Shown: positions 46,461-57,434 of the stretch, piece by piece
Layout: each line of letters begins with the position of its first letter
Position numbering within the stretch: the stretch's first letter is position 1
Assembly: GCF_016433145.1 (NCBI RefSeq)
Contig: NC_058133.1
Span: forward strand, 275,601,643-275,665,430
Direction of reading: 5' to 3'
Length of the DNA: 63,788 bases
Source: Gracilinanus agilis
Taxonomy: Eukaryota
Translations under genes and position numbers: made by a program
Notes under the pieces: model-generated
Databases searched by the model: none
What the model saw: only the letters and a program-made list of their open reading frames with translations
What the model was told of the DNA's origin: nothing

Positions 46461-48028
46461 TACAAAAGCACCAGTGGAATATTGGTATTAGCAAGATGAA
46501 CTTTGTTTCTGGGGGAAGTTTGGAGTTATTAAGGAATCTCTCATTTACACTGTATATTATCTTGTGTATATACGATTGTTAATATGTTGTCTCTCCTTTT
46601 AGAGTATGAACACCTTGAAGAAAAAAAAACATGATTTAGCCTTTGTAGCTCTAGCTCTTAGTGAGGTGCCTGACATATAGTGAATACTTAATAAATGCTC
46701 ATTGACTGACTGACAGTTTTTTGAGACATGCCATATAGCCATATAGCTGAACTGAATTATAGATCTTAGTGTTAGGAAAGTCAGTGATACTTTTAAATTT
46801 TAATTTTAAATTAAATTTTAAATTTAATTAAAATTAATTTAATTTAATTTTCAATTTAAATTCAATGTTGATACATCCAAAAGATTATTATGGCTACCAT
46901 TCTCTTCATGAGCAAATTCTAATTCTATAAGCCTTCTCATCTTTTTTTTCCCCAAACCTTTACCTTCTGTCCTAGAGTGAATAAAAAGCATTGGTTCCAA
47001 GGCAGAATGGCGATAAGGCTAGGCAATAGGAATTAAGTGATTTGCCCAAGGTCACACAACTAGGATGTGTCTGCGTCCAAATTTGAACCCAGGACATCCC
47101 ATCTCTAGGCCTGGCTCTCCATCTACTGAGCCACCTAACTGCCACAATGCCTTTTGATCTTGTATAATTATTGCCCATGTTTTTCTGTGTATGATAATAA
47201 CAATAACACACTTTTAGATTATATTAAGGTTTACAAAGTGCTTTTCCCACAACTATCCTATGAAGTAAGAGAATGCAAATATCATTATACTTAGTTTTTA
47301 GATGAATAAACAAGAGCAAATACAAAATACACATGCTCTTCAATCCAGTGATACTGACCTCCTGGCTGTTCCATAAACAATACTCCATCTCTCAGCTCTG
47401 GGCATTCTCTCTGGCTGTCCCTCATGACTGGAATGCTCTCCTTCCTCCACTCCAACTACTCACTTCCCTGGCTTCCTTTAAGACCCAACTAAAATCTCAC
47501 TTCCTACAGGAAGCCTTCTTCAACCCTTCTTAATTCCAATGCCTTTCCCCAGTTAATTATTTCCTATTTGTTCTGTATATAGCTTACTTTGTTTATATTT
47601 GTTTACATATTGTCTCCCCAGTTAAACTGTTAACTTGATGGCAGGGACTGTCTTTTGACTCTTTTTGCATTCATTTTGCATTCCACTTAACACCATGCCT
47701 GGCACACAGTAGGCATTTAATAAATGTTGAAATGAATTTGCCTTGGGTTGTTGGGAAGGAGGCGGGAAGAGAACAAGCTTTCATTAAACACCTACTATGT
47801 GCCATGCTTAACAGATATTATTTTATTTGATCCTTACAACTATCTGTATCTATCTGTTACAACTATCTGTTAAGCTAAGTGCTTAACAGATATTATTTTA
47901 CTTGATCCTTACAACTCCTCAAGATTGTTGTTGTTGTTCTTAGGGTGTTAAAGCCCAGAAAATAGGAACTTAGTCCTTCTTGACTCCAAGTCCAGGCCTT
48001 TTCCCAACATACTACATCCTCTCTAGAC

Positions 48029-48508
48029 CAATGATGAGAGACTTTTAGAGTGCTGGATGCCCCCCAGACTGAGTAAAGTGCTGTACCCCCCCTCCCATTG
48101 AGACCTCAGGCTGTGCCCCTCCTCTCCAATGCTGTGCTCTCCCTGCCCACCCCCCTTACCCCACACAGTGGAGGGAGTGAGCTTTCCTATTGGCCTGCTG
48201 AGTAGAGGGGCTATAAGTAAGGAATGTCCTCAGTGAATGTAGAGAGGGGGAGAGGAGTGGCTCAAGTGCTCTGCTCCCCTCCAGCTCTGTTACCTGTGAG
48301 CTTCCCACCTCACCCCCTGTGTGCTCTCATTGGCTGCTGGGCAGAGGGGGATTCGAAAAATCAGGCAGGGTGGAGATGGGGAGGGGAGCAGCTCCACTAG
48401 AGGCCCTCTTGCCTTTCTAGTAACAAACTCAGGGTGGGAAGTTGTGTGCCCACAGAGAGCTCTCTGTGTGCCATCTTTGACACCTGTGACATAGGTTCGC
48501 CATCCCTA
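48029..48508. mobile_element. ~480-bp non-autonomous hAT element
   Basis: Perfect 8-bp TSD CTCTAGAC (48021-48028, 48509-48516). Right end AGGTTCGCCATCCCTA matches a CAGTGATGGCGAACCT-type TIR 14/16; left TIR degenerate (10/16). Confidence 0.8.
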
Positions 48509-50729
48509 CTCTAGACCTTCCAAAGATCCACCCCAAAGCACTAGAGGCCATTCTTTGGTTCTTTTACTGTTTCATCAATCACAATGCAGCAATTAGAGTG
48601 TGTATTGGCTCTCCTCTCCTTTCTTTAAAGGACCAGTGGACCAGCTTACCTCTTTTTCTGATCATATTGGTCTTTGGTGATATCTATGTGCCATCCACAA
48701 CACATTCTAGAAGGCAAATTATTGTTGGTTGCAGCCTGTTAGTAAGAACACCAGGCCTGGAGTCAAGAAGATCAAATGTGACCCTGAGCAAGTCACTTAA
48801 CCTCTGTTTGCCTTGGAGGCAGCTAAGTGGCTCCATGGATAAAGTGCTAGACCTGGAACCAAGACCTGAGTCCAAATCCAGCTATCACTAGCTGTGTGAA
48901 CTTGGGCAAATCAGTTAACCTTGGTTTGCTTTAATCCACGGGAGAAGGAAATGGCAAACCATTCCCATATCTTTGCCAAGAAAGCCCCTACAGGGTCACG
49001 AAGAATCAGACACTTCCCAAGAACAACCACAATGGGTGGCAGGCTCCTCACACCCACTCTGTGATCCCACTGCTATGTAGGTCCTCTACAGTTTGGATTC
49101 TTTAGGCATCAAGGAGCCCTGATTGGCAGCTGTATAGCATCAGGCTATATGTGCAGATGGGACTGGGAAGAAGAAGCTATGGAAAGAATTAGAGTAACTA
49201 GAATGTGATAGAATTACATGTGCATTTTATAAATGTCTGTCCTATAGGGTAACAGCCAAACAGATAGGGTTCCCCCCAATAGCTTGAAGCTTTTGTACAT
49301 CTCTCAGTTGAGTATGTTCCATCAAACCCACACAACCACCCTTCCCACACACACATACCTACTCCCTTCCCCCAAGCTGGGTGGATGCTCGTGGGTAAGA
49401 GAGAGTAGAAGAAGGCCCACTTAAGAGGTGCAGTGGCGTGTCCCCCCACCCCCATCCACTCCCCAGTCCCTGCCCTTCTCTCCTGGCAGTGTCTTCCCTG
49501 TCACATTTCCCTGGGGGGCATCGGAGAAGGCAGAAACATGAAGGAGGGGGCAGAGGCTTCAAGCACAGGCACTGAGCTGTCATCCGATTTCTCACTTGTG
49601 CCTCTAGAGATTCCTTCCTTGCCTCCACCCCCAACCCCACTGAATGTTGAAACTCTCAGGGAACGCTAGGCTCCCAGTTATTAATAATGCATCTCCACGA
49701 GTCTTGGATATATTGGATGGAAAGGGTCTTGTTCATAGAGAACCCTCACAAAAGGAACTAATTAATCAAGAGAATCTATGACTCATCGATGATAAATTTG
49801 TGTCTCTGCCTTTTACCTCTACCTTTTACCTTTGATAAGAAGTATAGGCTCGCTGATCTAAACCTGGAAGGGAACATAGAGGTCATCTAGTACAATTTCA
49901 TTTTTCAGATGAGGAAACTGAGGCCTGATGAGGTTAAGTGACATGTTCAAGGTCACCTAGGTTGTACTGTTGTTGCTAATCAGTCATATCTGACCCTTTG
50001 TGACTCCATTTGGGATTTTCTTGGTAAAGATTCTGGAGTGGTTTGCCATTTCCTTCTCTAGTTCATTTTACAGGTGAGGAACCTGAGGCAAATAGGATCA
50101 AGTGACTTGCCCAGGGTCACACAGCTAGAAAGTTTATGGTGCCTGGATTAAACTCAGGGAGGTGAGTCTTCCTCCCACTCTATCCACCTTACCACCTAGT
50201 TGCCCTTCACACAGCTAGTAAAGTAGCCCAAAAGCCATTTGTTACCTCTAAAGTAAAAATTTCATAGTATGCTGCTGTCAGAATGAATGTGCAGCAGGGA
50301 AAGGTCCAAAAATACATTATATAGTAGACTTCTCCTTCTCAAATATGACTTTTTTTTTAACCCTTACCTTCTGTCTTAGAATCAATAGAGGAATGGTAAA
50401 GGCTAGGCAATAGGTACTAAATGACATGGCTAAGAAGTGTCTGAGGCCAGATTTGAAACCAGGACCAGTACCTCCCATTGGCTCTCTATCCAATGAGCCA
50501 CCTGGAATGCCCCCAGACATTGTTAAGCTCTAGTATTTCTAGCCCCTGCCCATGCTTGATTCTTTCCTCTTGTTCTTCTGTATTTCCATGACCTGATGCC
50601 AAAGGCTATTTTAGGGACTTGACTTCATTCAAGCTTGGTGTCCCCCTCAAAGACTGCAATCAGCTGTGATTAGCAGTATGTTACCTTTACAATAATAGTA
50701 ACAGCTCATGCTTCTATAGGACTTTATAG

Positions 50730-50980
50730 ATATGGGTACATGGAAAAGTCAATAGGCTGGCAACGAGGCAAAAATGAGAAATAACAGATGGGCAACCCAA
50801 GTATTGGAGTGGTATCTGGGGGTGGGGGGGGGAGAGAGAGAGAGAGAGAGAGAAGGAGGGGAGGAGAGAGGGGGGTGGGGAGAGAGAGAATGTTGAAAAG
50901 ATTCTCTGTGATTTATGGATGGCTGTGGACCAGTATCACATGGAATAAGGTGTGGCTAGGTTATTGAACTGTATTCTTGG
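50730..50980 (+). mobile_element. RTE-like relic interrupted by a G/GA-rich simple repeat (~50817-50890)
   Basis: aataacagatgggcaacccaagtattggagtggtat resembles the RTE RW..V..W.P end. Confidence 0.45.
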
Positions 50981-51203
50981 AAAGAGTACCCACATCAATC
51001 CTGGATCCATTTAAGAATTTATAGTTTACAATGTTTTAAAAACACATTATCTCATCTGATTCTCACAACACTCTGAGGCAAAGTCACTAAGTACTAGCCT
51101 CCTTTCTGCTCCTCACACATGACACTTCCATTTTCTAATTCTGTCCATTTTCACTTAGGCATATAGTTAAAAAGCATTTCTAAGCACCTACTACGTTCTA
51201 AGT

Positions 51204-51408
51204 CAGTGATGGGCAAACCAATGGGCCAGATGCCAGATGTGGCCCCCTGAAATGTTCTATCTGGCTCCTCGACATTGTTCCTAATCTGATGAATACAATG
51301 AATAGGATACAATACAATGAAACTTGGAAAGAGTTGCCTTAGAAACAGACTGACAGATGAACATTTCCTTTCCTTTGGCCCCCTCTTTAAAAAGTTTGCC
51401 CATCACTG
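51204..51408. mobile_element. 205-bp hAT MITE
   Basis: Perfect 15-bp TIRs CAGTGATGGGCAAAC; flanks ttctaagt / gtctaggt (6/8). Confidence 0.92.
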
Positions 51409-53802
51409 GTCTAGGTGGTCAGTTAGGAGGTGCATTGGATAGTGTCCGGGACCTGGAGTCAGGAAGGCTTCCTGAGTTCAAATCTCTCCTCAGATACTGA
51501 CTGTGGGACCCTGGGCAAGTCACTTCACCCAGTCTGCCTCAATTTCTTCATATGTAAAATAAACTGGAAAAGGAAATGGTAAACCATTCTGGTATCTTTG
51601 TCAAGAAAACTCCAATTGGGGTCACAATGAGTCAGACACGACTGAAAATGATTAAGCAACAACAACATGTTCTAGATACTGTGCTAAGTGATGTGGATAC
51701 AGAGAAAGGCAAAAAAATAGTCCCTTTAGGAGCTCACAATAGAATGAGAGAGATAATATGCAAATAATTATGTAAGAGCAAGATATATATATATGTGTAT
51801 ATATATATGTGATAAATTGCAGATATTTTCAGAAGCACTAACATTAAGGGGGATTGGGGCAGCTAGGTGGTTCAGAGAGAGATAGATCTCTCATTTAGAG
51901 ATCCAGGCCAGGAGACAGGAGGTCCTGAATTCAAATGTGGCCTCAGACATTTCCTAGCTGGGTGACCCAGAGCAAGTCACTTAACCTCAGTTGCATAGCC
52001 CTTACCACTCTTCTACCTTGGAATCAATACTTGGTATTGATTCTATCTTTATTTATTTATTTTAAATCTTATCTTTCATCTTAGAATCAATACTGTGTAT
52101 TGGTTCTAATGCAGAAGAGTGGTAAGAGTTAGGCTATGGGGGTTAAGTGACTTGCCCAGGGTCACCCAGCTAGGAAGTGTCTGAGGCCAGATTTAAACCC
52201 AGGACCTCCCATCTCTGGGCTTGTCTCTCAATCCTCTGATCTAACCAGCTGCCCTCAGTATTGATTCTAGAAAAAGGAAGGTAAGGACTTTTTAAAAATG
52301 AAAAACAAAACAAAACACTAGGGGATTCTTGTAGAAGGTAGGAATTGAGTGGAGACTTGAAGGAAGCCAGGGAAACCAGGAAATGGAGATGAAGAGAGAA
52401 AGAATTCCAGGTGTGGGAGACAGCCAGAGAAAAGGCCCCAAGTAGGGGAGATGAGATATCTATAGCAAGGAAAAAAGAGATTTGAATCTTCCTATCATTG
52501 AACATATAGTGGGGGAGGGTAGATAATGTGTAGGAAGATTGAAAAGACAGAAAGAGGCCAGATTATGAAGGGTTTTGGAAGCCTGAGTACTATTTGTTCC
52601 CGGGGGTAGCAGGGAGCTATAGGAGTTTATTGAAGAACATGAGGTATCTGTATGCTTTAGGACAGCTCAGTGAAGAATGGACTAGAGTGTGGAGAAGACC
52701 AAACAGAAGACTATTGCAAGACTTATGATAAAAATGCTATCCAAAGCCAAAGAAGGAACTGCCGGAATCTGAGTACAGATCAAAGCAGGCCATCTTTACT
52801 TTATTTCCTTCATGAGGTTTCTATTATATATGTGATATATGTCTTTCTATCATGACCTGAGCAATGTGGAAATATGTGAAAGTATAAGTATAATCTATAT
52901 AAGACTATTCACTGTCTAGGGAGGGAGGGAGAAAATCCAAATTCTAAAATGTCAAAAAACAATTGTCAAAAATTGTTTCTACATGTAACTGAAAACTACA
53001 AGAAATTGGGGGGGAAAAGAAGACTATTAGAAGAGTACTGGCAGAAGGTAAAGAAGGCCTGCACCGTGAGGAGTGAGAGTAGAGAAGGGGGCATATAGGA
53101 GAGCTCTTTCCAAAGCAGAATAGACAGGACTTGGCAACAGTTGGATGGGGGAGGGGTGGTGTTGAGAGAGTGAGAGGCAGAGGATCACACTTAGGTTGGG
53201 AATCTGGGTTGATTAATTGATGGGTTCTATGATTCATCTAGGCATTACAAGATTTATTATCCCCACTCTGCAGATGAAACAACTGTGACTTAAAGAGGAA
53301 AGTTACTTGTCCAAGGTCAGAACGTAGTAGAGGAGATTGGAACACTAATAAAACTCAAACTCAAATCTTTTAACTTAGCACTATGCTCCCTTTCACTGGG
53401 GCTTCTTTCCCTTCCAATGCAGGAAAGGAGAATGGAGCATAGGCCATCCGAGGCTAGGGGACTCTGCAAAGAGGAGGAAGCGCCCCAAGCTAGCAAAACT
53501 GGGTTCACAGGCTGCAAAGGCCCAAGGAACTGAGTAGCCCGCGCAGAGGCGAGCTTTGATTCCTTTTTACCCCCGCCTCCCGCTCCAAGCTCCACCCCCT
53601 TGGGGGCGGGATCTCCTGTTTCAGCCAGTCTTAGGAGCGGACTCTGGCGGTTTGTACTCTTCCCTTCCAATAAGGAAAAAAAAAGAACCCCTTTGGCCAC
53701 AAAGGCCAATCACGGTAGGGGAAATACGGTTGTTAGGCAGGTTTTGGGGAGTTGGGGCCAATGGCAGGCGCGGGCACGGCTCGTCCGGGGCTCAAAGCGC
53801 AG

Positions 53803-53859
53803 GCAGCGGCGGCGGTAGCAGCAGCAGCAGCGACGGCGGCGGTGGCGGCGGCGGTAGCG
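53803..53859 (+). repeat. Interrupted (GCG/GCA)19 triplet repeat in the PPP2R5D 5' leader
   Basis: gca gcg gcg gcg gta gca gca gca gca gcg acg gcg gcg gtg gcg gcg gcg gta gcg. Confidence 0.9.
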
Positions 53860-53939
53860 AGAGGCCGTAGCGGGCCCAGAGCAGCCGAGCAGAGCCGGAA
53901 CGGGATCCCGGGGGCTGGGCTGCGCCAGGCCAGGCCGAG

Positions 53940-53966
53940 ATGCCCTATAAACTGAAGAAGGAGAAG
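53940..53966 (+). CDS. PPP2R5D: PPP2R5D (PP2A B56-delta) coding exon 1
   Basis: ATG CCC TAT AAA CTG AAG AAG GAG AAG|gtgagc = MPYKLKKEK, the B56-delta N-terminus; expected synteny head-to-head with PEX6. Confidence 0.93.
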
Positions 53967-55220
53967 GTGAGCGGGCCCGGCTTTGCTGGCCCCCGCCCTA
54001 GGGCCTGCGCGGGGGAATAGGGAGGGGCCCGAGCCAGGCCCCGGGACTGCCCCGGACCGACCCGGGAGGTCCGGGCCGCGAGAACCCTCGCGCGCCCCGC
54101 GTCCCTCGCCTGAGTCTAGGACGGGCCCTCGCATGCTTCCTCAGCCTCTCCCTGGGGCGGCCCCGTCCTTCCGCGTCTCCCCCCCCCCAGACACACCCAC
54201 ACCCCACAGCCCACACCCCTCTCCTCTATACTCCCCAAAACACAATACCTCAGGATATTTCCTCCCCTCAATGCCCCACAACTGTCCCTCTCCTGTGCAC
54301 CCATAGGATGGCTCCTTCCCTCTCTCCTCGCCTTCTTATCTCTCCTCAAAACATGCGAACTCTAGGATAGTCTCTCTGCACTATCCCCCACCCCCAAATA
54401 CATACAATCCAGACAGCCCCTTTCTCTTATTCGGAGGCTATTCCTCCCTTTCCCCCCTTCAAGCATATATCCCAGGACAGCTTTTTCCTACCTCTTCTCC
54501 CTATCCCAGGATCACCCTCTCCTATATGAGACCTCCCCCCAATATACATACATGCCCTACGACAGCCCCTTCCCTCTCACTTGGGGGCTACCTTCTCTTT
54601 TTTCCCTTATAATACTACCCCCCCCCCAACTTTAGGGCCCTTCCTCTTTTCCTTCTTCCTTAGAACAGTGTCTTCCCTCCAACCCAGAGCCATCTCACTC
54701 TTTTATTTTCCTTCTTACTTTGCCTCACATATACTAGACTAGAGCATTCTTTTCCCTCTCCCTTTTATCCCTAACCCAGACACACCATCCCCTTCTCTTT
54801 AACCTGGAGCCACCCCTATTTATACACACCCAACCCTGGACAGCTTCTTCCCTTTAACCAAGATAACCTTGCTGTCTTTATTCCTCCCCCCAGATATACC
54901 TCCAGACATACTCCAGAGCAGCTTTTTCATTCTAACTTGAGCCAGTTCCTTTATACATCTGTCTTTAGCACCTCCTCCTCCCTGTTTCAACCTTTCCCCT
55001 CCAGCCTAGGTCAATTCATTCCCTTCTCTCCTACCTTGGAACCCAGGCCAGTTCCCTACCTGTCTGTGCCCTATCCCCCATTCCCAATTTCTGGAATCAG
55101 CTTTTCTGGGTATGTTTTATACACATATTTGGAATGTCCCTTTCATTTTACCTTTCATACTTTCCTACCCCTAAATTTGACATAGCTGCTTCTTGTCCCT
55201 CCCTCCAACCTTGGGGAACT

Positions 55221-55328
55221 GCTCTCTCTCTCTCCCTTCTTCCCTCTCCTTTCCTCCCTTTTTTTCTCCCTCCCTCCTTTTCTTTTTCCCTTTCTCCTTC
55301 CTCACTTTCTCTCCCTTTCCCTCCCCTC
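55221..55328. repeat. Near-pure polypyrimidine tract in PPP2R5D intron 1
   Basis: ~108 nt of C/T with a single purine. Confidence 0.85.
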
Positions 55329-57356
55329 TAATTTTAGCCAGGAAAAGTATCTTCTCCCATATTGGGACACCTCTCCTTTAACATGAGTAACTCCATTTCT
55401 TTTTTATAATGGTGGCAATTTTCTTCCCTTTTCTCATATTCTTTATGCATCAGCTTTGGGGAACACTTTCTTGGTCTTAACTCTGGAGAATCCGAGATCT
55501 CTTTACACTGGCCAAGTAAAATTTGGCCACCAACTCTTTCCCTTCCCCCCAAAACATCAACAAGGAATGTTTTCAAGTATTAAGATTCCCATGTCTTTGC
55601 CTAAAAGTAGGAGTAGTTGCCTGACTCTGCTCGTTGTCAGTAGAGAAGCTTTTACCTGTCTCTTCCTTATATAGATAGCTCTTTCTTCTTGTGCCCCATT
55701 TCCTTTTGTTGTTTTTTTTCCCCCTGTACATGTTGAGATTCTGACCCTAAAGTGGGATTACTTTGGGGAATAAAATTACACATAGTATGCTAAAATACCA
55801 ATTTCATTAGAATATCAAACAACTCAGATCTTTGCCCTTTTACTACCTGGTTCTATGAACTGCTGGATCTGTCCTTTTGAATTTAATCTCATCATCTTTA
55901 CCTGTTGTTCAGTAAGTAGTTTATTCTAGGTTATCAGTACAACCTATTAGCATCTTGGGGTCAAGACAGATGAGTATTTTGGTAGTGGTTTAATATTTCC
56001 TGATTTTTCACTAGTCACTGGGCTGTATAAGATAGATGCCTGACCTAGTCCTTGCCCTTGGGGAATTGACATTGCTAAGATAATCTACACTGCACCAATT
56101 GAGTGATCTCTGTACTGGACTCACCAGTAGGAGGTGTCCTTAGGTAGCTCCTAATCTGATGGAGGAGATAGTCCCTACCCTTAAGTAGTCTCTAATCTGA
56201 TGAGGAAGATAGGACATAGTATAAGATCTAGGTAACTGAAGCCGAGAAAAGGTTTATAAAGAACAATAAAACATGGGCCTAAGTGCAGGAATGGGAAGTG
56301 GTGCTGCAGGGATTTGGATGTCTAGGTTTAAATATAATATATTTAAATATAATTCCCCTTAGCTTTTTGGTTTAGAGTTTGAGTTTTCTGTTTCATTTGC
56401 CATTTCCCTAACTGTGAGGTAAATCTCCTTGGGTGGCATGAGTGAGGTTCAAAGCAGAGTAGAAGATCTTTATAAAATCTTCTTGGCCAGGGAAATCATC
56501 TCTCCCTCCCCGTTGCTCATGTTCAAAACTAATTGAACCTCTTCACTGGGTCCCAGGGTGTGGCTTCCTCACTTTAGCTGGCTCCTCCGGTTCAGTGGCA
56601 ACATGCAGGAGAGTGTGTGCAGGGTCCCTTCCATACTCCTTGGACCAAACTCGCCTTGGTTTTTCTGTTGTTGTACTACAGGGCTGCCTATTGATAGGAT
56701 GAAAGTGTTCACTGTGGTTGGCTTGACCAGTAAGCAGCCGGAGAGTGAGGGAGCCCAGGTGAAGCCCATGACTGCCTTTGCTCCCGCACATCCCTGCCCT
56801 CAGAATGCCTTCGTCCTCCTCTCCCTTTTCCTTGAAGCCTTCCCCAGCTCCTCCAGCCCACAGTGATTGATCCTATCCTTTCCTGAATTGGTGGAACACT
56901 TAGGACCATGCAGTTTTTAGCATTTGTATGTTCACTTATTCATGGGTGCTTGTTTTGTCTTCTCACATGGATTATAAACTCCTTAAAAGGAGGCAGTTAT
57001 GTCATTTACTACTTCTGTATCCCCCATAGTATCTAGGTGTAAGGGAGGTGAATACTTGGTAATTGATATGATAGGCATAATCTGGAAAGAGCCCTGAATT
57101 AGGATTCAGAGGCCCTGGATTTGGAACCCTGATTTGCAGTTTACTATCTATGTGACCTGAGGCAAGTCTCTTTCCTTTGTTTTCTCATCAGTGAAATGAG
57201 GATGTTATACCAGATGATCTCTGAGGCTCTGTCCAGTTCTAAATACTATGATCTTGTGACTGTTTGCTGCACAGTCCAGATCACCCATTAGATACTGACC
57301 AGCCAGATCATTCTTCTTCCCATGAAGACTGCTAACTATGACTCTCTCTTTTATAG

Positions 57357-57434
57357 GAGCCTCCCAAGTCTGCTAAAGGGACTGCCAAGTCTAACAGCGG
57401 AGGGAAGGATGGTGGTGGGGAAGGCACCGAGGAG
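57357..57434 (+). CDS. PPP2R5D: PPP2R5D exon 2 (gene continues past the window)
   Basis: tatag| EPPKSAKGTAKSNSGGKDGGGEGTEE |gtaacg; 78 nt, phase 0. Confidence 0.92.

Larger units (their letters stand above)
53500..54190 (+). promoter_or_regulatory. PPP2R5D CpG-island promoter
   Basis: GC box ~53602; CCAAT at 53667, 53706 and 53758; high CpG density. Confidence 0.8.
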
